Of a stretch of 64,000 nt of DNA, positions 17,555-27,472 are shown one piece after another (the first letter of the stretch is position 1; every line of letters starts with the position of its first letter). Where the stretch lies: NCBI GenBank assembly GCA_001443455.1, contig LDXO01000001.1, positions 205,632 to 269,631 on the forward strand, read 5' to 3'. The position numbers and the translations under genes are program-made. The notes below the pieces were generated by a model. The model was not told where the DNA came from. It made no database searches and saw only the letters and a program-made list of their open reading frames with translations. This DNA is from Deltaproteobacteria bacterium CSP1-8 (lineage in GTDB: Bacteria > Desulfobacterota > Deferrimicrobia > Deferrimicrobiales > Deferrimicrobiaceae).

Positions 17555-19306
17555 TCACACCTTTCGTCGGAGGGATCGCACGTCCGGATTCCGTCCGGAT
17601 CGCAACCGCTTGAGCAGGTTCTTGCAGGACAAGGTGTTGAGGACGTCGGCCGCTACCGCCCACCCCCTCCTCGCGACGGCCACCCCGTACTCCATGTAGT
17701 CGAAGTTGGCGGTGACGTGGGTGTCCGTGCTGATGACGAGGGGGATCCCGTATCGTTTCGCCATCCGCACGTGGTGGTCGGAAAGGTCCAGCCGGGCGGG
17801 ATACGCGTTGACCTCCATCGCCACGCCGAGGGCGGCCGCTTCCCGGAACAACGCATCGATGTCGACGTCGTACGGGTCCCGCTCCCCGATGAGCCTGCCG
17901 GAGGGGTGGGCGATGATGCCGACAAGGGGATTCCGGACGGCCGACAGGAGACGTGCCGTAATCTGCTCCCGGGACTGCCGGAACCCGGAGTGGATGGAGG
18001 CGATGACGATATCGAGTTCTCCGAGGACGTCGTCGGCCAAATCCAGCGTCCCGTCCCCGCGGATATCCACCTCCACGCCCGTCAGGATGCGAAAGCCCCG
18101 CAGGGTTCGGTTCGCCTCGTCGATCTGCGCGATCTGCTCGCGCAGCCTTTTCTCGTCCAGTCCGCGGGCGACCCCGAGCCCCTTCGAGTGGTCGGTGATC
18201 GCGATGTACTGGTACCCTTTCCTCCTCGCGGCCCGGACCAGCGCGTCGAGGTCGTGGGCGCCGTCCGACCATTTCGTGTGGACGTGGAGATCCCCCCGGA
18301 TGTCCTCGACGGTCAGCAAATCCGGAAGGACGCCGCCCTGCGCCGCCTCGATCTCCCCCGTGTCCTCGCGCAGTTCGGGCGGGATGAAGGGGAGGCCCAG
18401 CGACTTGTAGACCTCTCCCTCGAGTTTCCCCCCGATCCGTTTCCCGTCGCTCTCCCGGAACACGCCGTACTCGTTGATCTTTAAGCCCGCGCGCGAAGCC
18501 ATATCCCGGAGCTTGATGTTGTGCTCCTTGCTGCCCGTGAGGTACTGGAGCGCGGCGCCGAAGGAGCTTTCCTCCACCACCCGAAGGTCGACCTCTATCC
18601 CGTCCGCCGTGAGGATGGAGGACTTCGTGGTCCCGTGCGCCAGGACCTCCTGGACGATCGGCAGGTTCGCGAAGGCCTCCATGACCTTCGCCGGCTTTAC
18701 CGAAGTGGCCAGGATGTCGATATCCTTGACCGTCTCCTTCCACCGCCGGATGCTGCCCGCCACGGCGATCCTGCCCAAGGGGGCTTTGGCCCTCAGTTTC
18801 CGGACGATGTCGTCGGCGACGGGCATCGCCCGCCCCAGGGGGTGCCGTTCCCGCCCCTTCCGCAGGGTGTCGATTCCCCTGCGGATGTTCTCTTCCGTCT
18901 TCTTCTGGATTCCCGGCAGTCCCGCCAGCTTCCCCTCCCGGGTGAGCGCTTCGAGGTCGTCCAGGCTTCGCACGCCCGCCTTCTCGTACAGCGTCTTTGC
19001 GGTCTTCGGCCCGACACCCGGGATCCGGAGGATGACGAGCAGCCCCGCAGGGATCTCCTTCTTCAGGTCCTCATGCAGGTCGACACGCCCCGTCCCGAGA
19101 AATTGCCGGATCTTTCCGACGAGGTCCGGCCCGATCCCGGGGACGGCGCGAAGTTCCAAATCGGTCATCTCGGCGACATCCCGGGCCAGGGCCCCGATGT
19201 TCAGCGCCGCCCGCTGGTAGGCCCGGATGCGGAACGGATTCTCCCCCCTAAGTTCCAGGAGGGAGGCGATTTCGTCGAAAACGGTGGCGATCTGCCGGTT
19301 CTTCAT
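17555..19306 (-). CDS. polX: DNA polymerase X family protein with C-terminal PHP phosphoesterase domain (PolX)
   Basis: Starts MKNRQIATVFDEIASLLELRGENPFRIRAYQRAA at 19306. Helix-hairpin-helix repeats are present, along with ..VAGSIRRWKETVKDIDIL.. and the PHP motif ..GDLHVHTKWSDG.. . Confidence 0.9.
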   Translation of the reverse strand: MKNRQIATVFDEIASLLELRGENPFRIRAYQRAALNIGALARDVAEMTDLELRAVPGIGPDLVGKIRQFLGTGRVDLHEDLKKEIPAGLLVILRIPGVGPKTAKTLYEKAGVRSLDDLEALTREGKLAGLPGIQKKTEENIRRGIDTLRKGRERHPLGRAMPVADDIVRKLRAKAPLGRIAVAGSIRRWKETVKDIDILATSVKPAKVMEAFANLPIVQEVLAHGTTKSSILTADGIEVDLRVVEESSFGAALQYLTGSKEHNIKLRDMASRAGLKINEYGVFRESDGKRIGGKLEGEVYKSLGLPFIPPELREDTGEIEAAQGGVLPDLLTVEDIRGDLHVHTKWSDGAHDLDALVRAARRKGYQYIAITDHSKGLGVARGLDEKRLREQIAQIDEANRTLRGFRILTGVEVDIRGDGTLDLADDVLGELDIVIASIHSGFRQSREQITARLLSAVRNPLVGIIAHPSGRLIGERDPYDVDIDALFREAAALGVAMEVNAYPARLDLSDHHVRMAKRYGIPLVISTDTHVTANFDYMEYGVAVARRGWAVAADVLNTLSCKNLLKRLRSGRNPDVRSLRRKV

Positions 19307-20520
19307 CTGGTGAACGCCACCGACGCGAAGCTGACGGCCGACCGGGTCGGCTCCTCGTGCCATACCTCGTAGTCCAATACCGCCCCGCGAACTCCCGGCA
19401 GGACGGCCAGGAGGGTCCACAGCGCCGAGAATCCGCAGATCCGGTACCGGTTCTGCACGCGGGCTCCCGCCTGGAACAAGGCGGTGGGGTCTCCCGCTTC
19501 GAGGGCATCCAGGATCTCCCTGTCGAAGGCGCGGAAGGCAGGCTCGAGCGACACCCCCGGATGGGGATCCCCGAACTTCGGCCCCACGTGAGAGAGGTCG
19601 ACGCCCGCCACGACGAGTTTCCCCTCCGGCGGGTCGGAAAGCCAGGAGGAAACCGACTCTACGAACGGCGCGACGCCCGGCGCCTCGAGCGGGGACCGTA
19701 CCTGCCCGAACAGGTCTTCCATCTGCCCGCACAGGACGGGGAGGACCGGGATCTTCTCCATCGGGAAGATCCGTTGGAGAAACAGAAGCGGAAACTCGAT
19801 CGAATGCTCGGTCCGGTGGGCGAAGTCGTCGGGGGAGAGCGCCTCCTTCGCATTCCCGCGGATGTGCTCCACCGCATCCCGGTCCGCCGGGACACGGCCC
19901 AGGGGCGTCGTGAAGGTTTTGGCCGAGAGGCAGTAGCGGGTCTGCCCGAGGGAGTGGCCGGTCCCGAGGAGAAGAACGGCGGAGGGGGCGGGGCCCCGGA
20001 TCGCCCGGTAGGCCGCAGCGTAGGTTCGCTCCGCCACCCGGAGGTCGATATGGGGGGACGCCAGCGCGCAGGGAGGACCGGGAAGACGGCCGGCGGGAGG
20101 AACCGGGAGGGATAGGATCCGGTCGAGCAGGGCGGCAAGAGCAGAAGGGTCCGCGGGGTAGGCGTTCCCGGCGAGAGCCGCCGTCCGCTCGGGGCTGGCC
20201 GCAAACTCCCGGACGATCCGCTCCTTCGCCTCGCGGTACGCCTCCGTCTGCAGGATTCCCAGCCGGGAAAACTCCCCAACGATCCGCTCCGCTTCCGAAC
20301 GGAAGACGAGGGAGCCGCCCTGGCGTCGCATCATGACGATCTGCAGGTCGTCGACCGTCGAGGAACCGTTGAACAGCGGCAGGTACGGGACGACCTCCCC
20401 GGATAGGGCGGCGCTCGGCGCGACGATCCCCAGCGGGTCCCGGACGAGGAACACGTCCCGCCCTTCAAAGCGGGCGGGCAACAGATCGATGTCGGCGCGA
20501 AGCGCGGGGAGCATGTCCAT
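19303..20520 (-). CDS. MEMO1/AmmeMemoRadiSam-system-protein-B-like protein with an extra N-terminal domain of about 120 aa
   Basis: Starts MDMLPALRADIDLL at 20520. The MEMO-type core is ..LASPHIDLRVAERTYAAAY..LLLGTGH..GVDLSHVGPKFGD.. . The stop overlaps the polX ATG (ATGA). Confidence 0.8.
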   Translation of the reverse strand: MDMLPALRADIDLLPARFEGRDVFLVRDPLGIVAPSAALSGEVVPYLPLFNGSSTVDDLQIVMMRRQGGSLVFRSEAERIVGEFSRLGILQTEAYREAKERIVREFAASPERTAALAGNAYPADPSALAALLDRILSLPVPPAGRLPGPPCALASPHIDLRVAERTYAAAYRAIRGPAPSAVLLLGTGHSLGQTRYCLSAKTFTTPLGRVPADRDAVEHIRGNAKEALSPDDFAHRTEHSIEFPLLFLQRIFPMEKIPVLPVLCGQMEDLFGQVRSPLEAPGVAPFVESVSSWLSDPPEGKLVVAGVDLSHVGPKFGDPHPGVSLEPAFRAFDREILDALEAGDPTALFQAGARVQNRYRICGFSALWTLLAVLPGVRGAVLDYEVWHEEPTRSAVSFASVAFTR

Positions 20521-20699
20521 GACCACAATTGTACCGCCTGTTGCCGAGATCCGATACGTGCCGTCGTAGGATCTGCCCCTCGCCCATCCCGGAGGAAGAC
20601 GGTGACGCCTGGAATGGGGATGAGGAGAAAGAGAGGGAGCCGTCCCTTCCCTTACGCCCGGCTCCCGGAGGAGTCGGGGAACGGTACGGCTCCCGTCGG

Positions 20700-21155
20700 T
20701 TACGCGGCCTTGAGGTCCGACGTGCAGTGGCCGCACTTCTTCGCCTGGATCGGAATCGTCGACAGGCAGTGCGGGCACTCCTTCGTCGTCGGCACGGCGG
20801 GCGGGGCCTCCTCCTTCTTCTTGAGCTGGTTGATGCTGCGCACGACGAAGAAGATGGCGAACGCGATGATGAGGAAGTTCACGATGGTGTTCACGAACAG
20901 GCCGTAATTCAGCGTGACCGCCCCCGCTCCCTTTGCCGCGGCGATCGTCGCATGGGGACCAAGGGTCTTTCCTTCCTTGAGCACCAGGAAGAGGTTCGAA
21001 AAGTCGACGTTGCCCAGCAACAGCCCGAGCGGCGGCATCAGCACGTCGGAAACCAGCGATCCGACGATCGCCCCGAAGGCTGCTCCTACGATGATCCCCA
21101 CCGCCATGTCGACCATGTTGCCTTTCACGGCGAATTCCTTGAATTCCTTCAGCAC
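20700..21155 (-). CDS. mscL: Large-conductance mechanosensitive channel MscL with a C-terminal zinc-ribbon extension
   Basis: GTG start at 21155 follows AAAGGAGGA. The sequence (M)[45 protein letters not shown] aligns to canonical MscL. The tail carries CPHC-x10-CGHC. Confidence 0.9.
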   Translation of the reverse strand: MLKEFKEFAVKGNMVDMAVGIIVGAAFGAIVGSLVSDVLMPPLGLLLGNVDFSNLFLVLKEGKTLGPHATIAAAKGAGAVTLNYGLFVNTIVNFLIIAFAIFFVVRSINQLKKKEEAPPAVPTTKECPHCLSTIPIQAKKCGHCTSDLKAA

Positions 21156-21393
21156 GTCCGTCCTCCTTTTTCGTCGGTTGAATGCATACGGAGCGGCGGC
21201 GACCTGCCGCATAGGAGTGTTCCCGGTGAGACGGGTGCCTCCCCACGATGATTCATTGTATTGCCGGAATTTGCCTTTTGATGCAACCCTTCGCAGGTGG
21301 ATTCCGGAATATCCCGCGGGAGGAGGGCCCGGCAGAAAACCGGACGAACGGAATGGTAAAGAAATCCTGCAGGATGTCCGATAGGAGGACGGA

Positions 21394-23712
21394 GTGTTCC
21401 TTTCCTTGGAGGGGGGGGAAGATCGGTTGGAAAACCGCTTGCCGACCGGCGACTGGCGTCACATCCTGAACACCATCCAGGACATGGTCATGATTCTCGA
21501 CGATTGCCAACGGGTCGTCTGGGCGAACCGGTCCCTGCTCAAGTTTTTGTCCCTTCCGGAGGAGGACGTCATCGGCCGTCCCTGTCATCACCTGCTGCAC
21601 GGCGGCGCCGAGCACGGAAGCGAGTGCCCCTGCGCCCGGATCGGCAGGGACGGGAAGCGGGAATCATTCGAGATGGATCTCCCGGACCGGGACCTCCGGG
21701 TCAGGGTCACCGTCGACCCGTTCCTTGGCGAGAACGGAACCGTCGTGGGGCAGATCTTGTTCGTCGCGCGCCGGGAGCGGGGGCTCCGGGAGCAGGAGGA
21801 GCTCGGCGGACGGCTCCTCTCCCTGATGAACAACGTGCCCGGAGTGGTATACCGGGGCCTTCGGGACTGGTCCATCACCTTCCTGGGCGCCGAGGTGGAG
21901 CATCTTACCGGGTACGCCGCGGAAGATTTCCTGCGGGGATCCGTCAAGTGGCAGGAGATCGTCCACACGGAGGACCTGCCGTCCGTGAAGATGTCCTACC
22001 GGAACGCGGTGGGGGAGAGGAGAAAGGTCCTGCGCGTCGAATACCGCGTATTGCACCGGGATGGGCATTGGCGGTGGCTCGAGGACAGGCGGCAACTCAT
22101 GTACGGTCCGAATGGCTCGTTCGATTACGTGGACGGCCTGCTGCTCGATATCACGGACCATAAACGCACGGAGGAGGAACTGCGGGCGACGAACCAGAAG
22201 CTTCAGGCCCTGGTCGAGGCCTCGCCGCTCGCCATCATGGCCATCGACAAGGAGGGACACGTCACCCTGTGGAATTCCGCCGCGGAGCGGACCTTCGGCT
22301 GGACGAGGGACGAGGTGATCGGACGGCTGAACCCGGTCGTGCCGGAAGAGAAGATGGGGGAGTTCCACGAGTTGCGCGAGCGCGTCCTGCGGGAAGGGGG
22401 GTTTTCCGGGATGGAGCTGACGCGGCAAATGAAGGGGGGCTTCCCGATCGAAATCAGCCTGTCCACCGCGCCGATGCGGGACGCCCTGGGGAACATCACG
22501 GGGATCATGTCCGTCATGGCGGACATCACGGAACGCAAGCAGATCGAGGAGGCCCTGAAACAAAGCGAGAACCAGCTGCGGCAGTCGCAGAAAATGGAAG
22601 CGGTGGGGAGGCTGGCCGGCGGGGTCGCCCACGACTTCAACAACCTCCTTACAGCGATCCAGGGATACTCCGACCTGCTGCTGCAGCGCCTCGACGCCCG
22701 CTCACCGTACCGGAAGGAGGTGGAGGAGATCCACAAGGCGGGGGAGCGCGCCTCCTCGCTCACCCAGCAGTTGCTCGCCTTCAGCCGGAAGCAGGTTTTG
22801 CAGCCGAAAGTCCTGGACCTGAACGACGTGGTGGCCGGCATGGAGGAGATGGTCCGGCGCATGATCGGGGAGAACATCGACCTGGTCACGGTGCTCCGGC
22901 CGGACCTGTGGAGCGTCCAGGTGGACCCGGGGCAGATCGAACAGGTGGTCATGAACCTCGTGGTGAACGCGCGGGACGCCATCTCGATGGGAGGGAAGAT
23001 CACCATCGAGACGGGAAACGTATACCTGGACGATGACGACGTGCACCACCGCCCGCCCATGTCGCCCGGCGCGTACGCCATGCTCGCGGTGAGCGACACC
23101 GGGTGCGGCATGGACGAGGAGACGCAGGCGCGCCTGTTCGAGCCGTTCTTCACCACCAAGGAAACGGGGAAGGGGACGGGGCTTGGCCTGTCCACCGTCT
23201 ACGGCATCGTCAAGCAGAGCAACGGGTACATCTGGGTGTACAGCGAACCGCACCACGGGTCGACATTCAAGATCTACATTCCCCGTCACGAAGCCCCGGG
23301 AGCCGAAGCGAAGTCCGAGGGGTCTTCCCGGACCGTTCCCCGGGGCCATGAGACCATCCTCCTCGTGGAGGACGAGGAGCTGGTGCGGGTGCTCGCGCGT
23401 GATGTTCTCCGGGACCACGGATACGTGGTTCTCGAGGCGAGCGACGGGGCCGATGCGATGGGGGTCGCCGTGAGCCACCGCGGACCGATCCACCTGATGA
23501 TCACGGACGTGGTGATGCCGAACATGGGCGGCCGGGAGGTGGCGGTTGCCCTGGCGCCCCTGCTGCGCGATATGAGGGTCGTGTACATGTCCGGATACAC
23601 CGACGACGCCATCGTGCACCACGGCATCCTGAGCCCGGGGAGCCGGTTCCTCCAGAAACCGTTTCGACTCGACGCCCTGCTTCGCAAGGTCCGCGAGGTG
23701 CTGGACGAATAA
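21394..23712 (+). CDS. Multi-PAS hybrid sensor histidine kinase with C-terminal receiver domain
   Basis: GTG 21394 follows AGGAGG. PAS repeats are followed by HisKA (..[16 protein letters not shown]..), HATPase (..DTGCGMD..GTGLGLS..) and a receiver (..[20 protein letters not shown]..). Confidence 0.9.
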   Translation: MFLSLEGGEDRLENRLPTGDWRHILNTIQDMVMILDDCQRVVWANRSLLKFLSLPEEDVIGRPCHHLLHGGAEHGSECPCARIGRDGKRESFEMDLPDRDLRVRVTVDPFLGENGTVVGQILFVARRERGLREQEELGGRLLSLMNNVPGVVYRGLRDWSITFLGAEVEHLTGYAAEDFLRGSVKWQEIVHTEDLPSVKMSYRNAVGERRKVLRVEYRVLHRDGHWRWLEDRRQLMYGPNGSFDYVDGLLLDITDHKRTEEELRATNQKLQALVEASPLAIMAIDKEGHVTLWNSAAERTFGWTRDEVIGRLNPVVPEEKMGEFHELRERVLREGGFSGMELTRQMKGGFPIEISLSTAPMRDALGNITGIMSVMADITERKQIEEALKQSENQLRQSQKMEAVGRLAGGVAHDFNNLLTAIQGYSDLLLQRLDARSPYRKEVEEIHKAGERASSLTQQLLAFSRKQVLQPKVLDLNDVVAGMEEMVRRMIGENIDLVTVLRPDLWSVQVDPGQIEQVVMNLVVNARDAISMGGKITIETGNVYLDDDDVHHRPPMSPGAYAMLAVSDTGCGMDEETQARLFEPFFTTKETGKGTGLGLSTVYGIVKQSNGYIWVYSEPHHGSTFKIYIPRHEAPGAEAKSEGSSRTVPRGHETILLVEDEELVRVLARDVLRDHGYVVLEASDGADAMGVAVSHRGPIHLMITDVVMPNMGGREVAVALAPLLRDMRVVYMSGYTDDAIVHHGILSPGSRFLQKPFRLDALLRKVREVLDE

Positions 23713-23834
23713 GGGGGGGGACGGGCGTGCGGGGCGCCCGGGTCGGGATCGGTTTCGGGAAGATGGCAAAGGAGCAGAAAAAAGAGCGGGCAACGGATCC
23801 CGGCGGCCCGCCGGGGGATATGCGGTATTCTTAA

Positions 23835-23870
23835 GGGGTTGCGCCGGCAGACGCGACCCCCGTTTTTTTT
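23835..23870 (+). terminator. Rho-independent terminator after the histidine kinase gene
   Basis: GGGGTTGCG-ccggcaga-CGCGACCCC (9-bp stem with one G-U pair) is followed by T8 at 23863-23870. Confidence 0.6.
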
Positions 23871-23897
23871 CTCGGGGGGGTCAGGGGAGAATGGTCC

Positions 23898-24404
23898 ATG
23901 CTGATCGGATACCACGGCATCGTCCCGAAGTGCCACGCAAGCGTGTTTGTGGCGGAGGGGGCGATGGTGATCGGGGACGTGGAGATCGGGGAGGATTCCA
24001 GCGTCTGGTTCCACACCGTCATCCGGGGGGACATCCACCGCATCCGGATCGGGAAAAGGACCAACGTGCAGGACCATTCCACCCTGCACGTCACGAGGAA
24101 AGAACCGCTGGTCGTGGGGGACGGGATAACGATTGGCCACGGTGCCGTGGTGCACGGCTGCACGGTGGAGGACCTGTGCCTCATCGGGATCGGTGCGGTC
24201 GTGCTGGACGGGGCGGTCATCGGGAGGGGGAGCGTGATCGGGGCCGGGGCCGTCGTGTCCCCCGGGACGATCGTCCCGCCGCACTCCCTCGTGCTGGGAG
24301 TCCCGGGGAAAGTGGTCAAGGATCTCGGCCCTGGCTCGGCGGACGGCAACCGGGTCACCGCCGAAAACTACGTGGAACTGGCCAGGGCCTACCGGAAACG
24401 ATAA
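23898..24404 (+). CDS. Gamma-class carbonic anhydrase-like / hexapeptide-repeat protein (YrdA/PaaY type)
   Basis: Left-handed beta-helix repeats are present (..VIGDVEIGEDSSVWFHTVIRGD..IGKRTNVQDHSTLH..). Confidence 0.85.
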   Translation: MLIGYHGIVPKCHASVFVAEGAMVIGDVEIGEDSSVWFHTVIRGDIHRIRIGKRTNVQDHSTLHVTRKEPLVVGDGITIGHGAVVHGCTVEDLCLIGIGAVVLDGAVIGRGSVIGAGAVVSPGTIVPPHSLVLGVPGKVVKDLGPGSADGNRVTAENYVELARAYRKR

Positions 24405-24415
24405 GGAGAACGGCG

Positions 24416-24862
24416 ATGGGACGCATCGGCGAGATCTGGGAGGGGGACCGGCTGATCCAGGACTTCGGGATGAAACTGCTCGAGGCCCGGGAGGGGTACG
24501 CGAAGGTGTCGGTGGAGGTGAAGGGGCGGTTCCTCAACGCCCACGGGATCGGGCACGGGGTGCTCCTCTTCGCCGTCGCCGACGCGGCGTTCGCCCTCTC
24601 GGTCAACGCGGTGGTCGACGCCGTGGGGGTCCAGTGGAGCCTGAACGTTTTCCGCGCGGCGAAACCGGGCGAGGAGGTGATCGGGGAGTCGAAGATCATC
24701 CACCGGGGCCGTCAGTCGATGGTCTGCGAACTCACGGTTACCGCCGGGGACGGACGGGTCCTCGCGCGGGGACAATCCACCGCGCTTCCCGTAGGGCGGG
24801 GGACGCACGCGGGCTCGGCGCCCCCCGACGTCCGCAAGGAGGGGCCACCCACGGCGGAATGA
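24416..24862 (+). CDS. PaaI-family hotdog-fold thioesterase
   Basis: ATG 24416 follows AAGGAGA. Contains ..LNAHGIGHGVLLFAVADAAFA.. and ..SMVCELTVT.. . Confidence 0.8.
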   Translation: MGRIGEIWEGDRLIQDFGMKLLEAREGYAKVSVEVKGRFLNAHGIGHGVLLFAVADAAFALSVNAVVDAVGVQWSLNVFRAAKPGEEVIGESKIIHRGRQSMVCELTVTAGDGRVLARGQSTALPVGRGTHAGSAPPDVRKEGPPTAE

Positions 24863-24894
24863 GAGCGGGGCTTTGCCTTCTCCCCGGGAACCCT

Positions 24895-25377
24895 TCAGGG
24901 CGTCCCCGACAGGATCGCCTCGCGCTCGCAGACCCTCGGCTGTTCGGCCGCGAGATAGTCGCTCACCCGGATCCGCACGATCTCCCGGTGGGTCCCCGCG
25001 GTGAAGGCGATCTCCGCGATCGAAGCGAGCTCGTGGGACACGAGCACCGGAACGTTATAGAGGGACCCGAAGATCGGCATCGCCCCGATGTCGCAGTCGG
25101 TGAACAGGGGCGCAAACTCCGCCTCGCTCGCGAGGCGTGCCTTTTTCGCCCCGAGGCAGGCCTGCACGCGCTTCAGGTCGACCCGCTCCGTCGCGGGGAC
25201 GACGGCCATCCAGATCGCTCCGTCGACGTTCACGATGACCGATTTCGCGAAGGCCCTGCCCGGCACGTGCGATGCCTGGGCGACCTGCTGGGCGGTGAAC
25301 GCCTCGGGGTGCGTCTCCGTCTGGAACGGGATCTTCCGCTCCTCGAACAGGTGGACCAGTTTCTGGGGGATGCTCAT
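24895..25377 (-). CDS. YbaK/ProX-type aminoacyl-tRNA deacylase domain protein
   Basis: Starts MSIPQKLVHLFEERKIPFQTETHPEAFTAQQVA at 25377, after AGGAGG. The domain pattern ..KSVIVNVDG..AMPIFGSLYN.. is present. Confidence 0.8.
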   Translation of the reverse strand: MSIPQKLVHLFEERKIPFQTETHPEAFTAQQVAQASHVPGRAFAKSVIVNVDGAIWMAVVPATERVDLKRVQACLGAKKARLASEAEFAPLFTDCDIGAMPIFGSLYNVPVLVSHELASIAEIAFTAGTHREIVRIRVSDYLAAEQPRVCEREAILSGTP

Positions 25378-25426
25378 CGAAAAACCTCCTGTGGCCGGGA
25401 AAGGGGCGGGCCACCCCCCCGGTCGG

Positions 25427-25729
25427 TTATTTGGACGCGTCCTTGGCCAGTTCGACGAACCGGTCCCACGGCGTGGCGACCCACGTCTCCGTGGTGCCGT
25501 GCCCGTAGGAGCGGACCAGAAGGGCGACCTTGGTTGCTGACTCCGCGTCCGGCGCCTCGAAGATGTCAAGGTAGTCGTAGGGGCCCAGGATCGAGTAACT
25601 GCCGATCCACTTGACCTCCGGACAGTTCTTCCTGATCCGGTCAGCGACCTTCTTTTCGAGTTTCTCGACGAATTTCGGTCCGGAGACCGCCTCGGGGGAG
25701 ATCCGGGTGAGCATGATGTAGGTGGCCAT
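25427..25729 (-). CDS. GYD domain protein
   Basis: 100 aa, MATYIMLTRISPEAV...ILGPYDYLDIFEAPDAESATKVAL, the classic GYD family pattern. Confidence 0.8.
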   Translation of the reverse strand: MATYIMLTRISPEAVSGPKFVEKLEKKVADRIRKNCPEVKWIGSYSILGPYDYLDIFEAPDAESATKVALLVRSYGHGTTETWVATPWDRFVELAKDASK

Positions 25730-25881
25730 CGGGGGTTCCTCCTGTTTCCGAAAGGTTCACCGCGAATGGCGCTCTTCTTGCCGGCAGGTCTGGTAAAGGA
25801 GTGAACGAACGACGGGTCCGGAAGTAGTTCCAGTATACCGCAATCCCGCCGGGGAAAGGCAATCTCCCTGCCCGGGGAGGT

Positions 25882-27468
25882 TCAGTGCCCGGGCGGTGGG
25901 GGACCGTTCTGGTGGTCCGGTCGTCGCATCAGGAGGAGAAGGGGGAGTACGCACGCCATGAGGACCGACAGAATCCAGAAGACGTCGTTGAATCCCATCG
26001 CCGTCGCCTGCCGGACGGCCTGCCCGTAGATCATCTTCATCGACGTCCCCTCGGCGGAGACTTCCGGGATTCCCCTTCCCGGCAGCATCGCCCGCCCCCG
26101 CGCCACAGCGTCCTGGAATCCCCGGTCGAACCAGGTCAGGTGCTCGGTGAGGTGGCTCTGGTGGAGCTGGGCCCGCCGGGAGAACATGGTCGTGGAGAAC
26201 GCCACGCCGAACGACCCCCCGAGGTTCCGGAGCAGGTTGTAGATGGAGGTCGCGTTCCCCATCTGGGGCTTGGGGATCGAGGAGAGGGTGAGGGTCGTCA
26301 GCGGGATGAACAGGAGCCCCATCCCGATCCCGAGGTAGATCCGAGGCCACATGAGGGACGAAAAATCCGATGCGAGGTTGAACCCCGCCATCTGGCGCGT
26401 GGAGAAGGCGCACACCAGGACCCCCAGCGCAAGGAGGTACTTCGGGTTCTGCTTCACGATGAGCTTTCCCACGACAGGCATCGTGAGGAGCGTGGCGACC
26501 CCGCCGGGGGAGAGCACGAGCCCCGCGAGCGTCGCCGTGTAGCCGAGCAGGATCTGGGCATACAGCGGCAGAAGGACGATGCTCCCGAGCAGGTTGAAAA
26601 AGGCGACGAACATCACGATGTTGCCCGAGGTGAACGGGATGTTCTTGAATGCGCGCAGGTCGACGATCGGGTGCTCGGCGAAGAAGAGCTCGACGATGAC
26701 AAACGCCGCAAGCGACAGGACGGAGATCGCGGAGAAGATCAGGATGAAGTCGGAGTGGAACCAGTCCTCGCGCTGCCCCTTGTCCAGCACGATCTGCAGG
26801 GCGCCGATCCCCACCGTCAGAAGCGCGATTCCCCAGGTGTCCACCCGGACCTTCTCCGTCCGTTTCATGTAGGGGGGGTCGACGATGAACATCGTGACCA
26901 TCATGACTGCGAAAAGCCCGATGGGAATGTTGACGTAGAAGATCCACCGCCAGGAAAGCGTGTCCGTGATGTAGCCGCCCATCAGGGGCCCCGCGATCGG
27001 CCCGAACATGATGCCGATCCCGAACATGGCCATTGCCATCCCGTGCTCCCTGGGAGGAAACGTCTCCAGGAGGATCGCCTGGGAGAGAGGCTGGAGCGCC
27101 CCGCCGCCGATTCCCTGGAGGATCCGGAAGAAGACGAGCATTCCCAGGCTGGTGGACGCCCCGCATAAAAAAGACGCCGCGGTGAAGAGGAGGATCGAGA
27201 AGATGAGGTAATGCTTCCGTCCAAAGGTGCGGGCGAGCCACCCGGTCATGGGAATGATGATGGCGTTGGATACGAGGTAGGACGTGAGGACCCAGGACGC
27301 CTCGTCGATCCCCGCGGAGAGGGAACCGCGGATGTGGTCGAGCGAAACGTTGGCGACGCTGATGTCGATGATCTCGATCAGCGTCGGCAGCATCACGGTG
27401 ACGGCGACGATCCACTTGCTCCCGCGCATCGCGTCGACCGCGTTGTCGAACCGTCTCTCCCCGTTCAT
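25882..27468 (-). CDS. emrB: MFS DHA2-family efflux permease (EmrB/QacA type, 14 TM)
   Basis: Contains ..MLPTLIEIIDISVANVSL..GWLARTFGRK..FRILQGIGGGAL.. . It starts 5 nt after the end of emrA. Confidence 0.9.
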   Translation of the reverse strand: MNGERRFDNAVDAMRGSKWIVAVTVMLPTLIEIIDISVANVSLDHIRGSLSAGIDEASWVLTSYLVSNAIIIPMTGWLARTFGRKHYLIFSILLFTAASFLCGASTSLGMLVFFRILQGIGGGALQPLSQAILLETFPPREHGMAMAMFGIGIMFGPIAGPLMGGYITDTLSWRWIFYVNIPIGLFAVMMVTMFIVDPPYMKRTEKVRVDTWGIALLTVGIGALQIVLDKGQREDWFHSDFILIFSAISVLSLAAFVIVELFFAEHPIVDLRAFKNIPFTSGNIVMFVAFFNLLGSIVLLPLYAQILLGYTATLAGLVLSPGGVATLLTMPVVGKLIVKQNPKYLLALGVLVCAFSTRQMAGFNLASDFSSLMWPRIYLGIGMGLLFIPLTTLTLSSIPKPQMGNATSIYNLLRNLGGSFGVAFSTTMFSRRAQLHQSHLTEHLTWFDRGFQDAVARGRAMLPGRGIPEVSAEGTSMKMIYGQAVRQATAMGFNDVFWILSVLMACVLPLLLLMRRPDHQNGPPPPGH

Positions 27469-27472
27469 CGGG

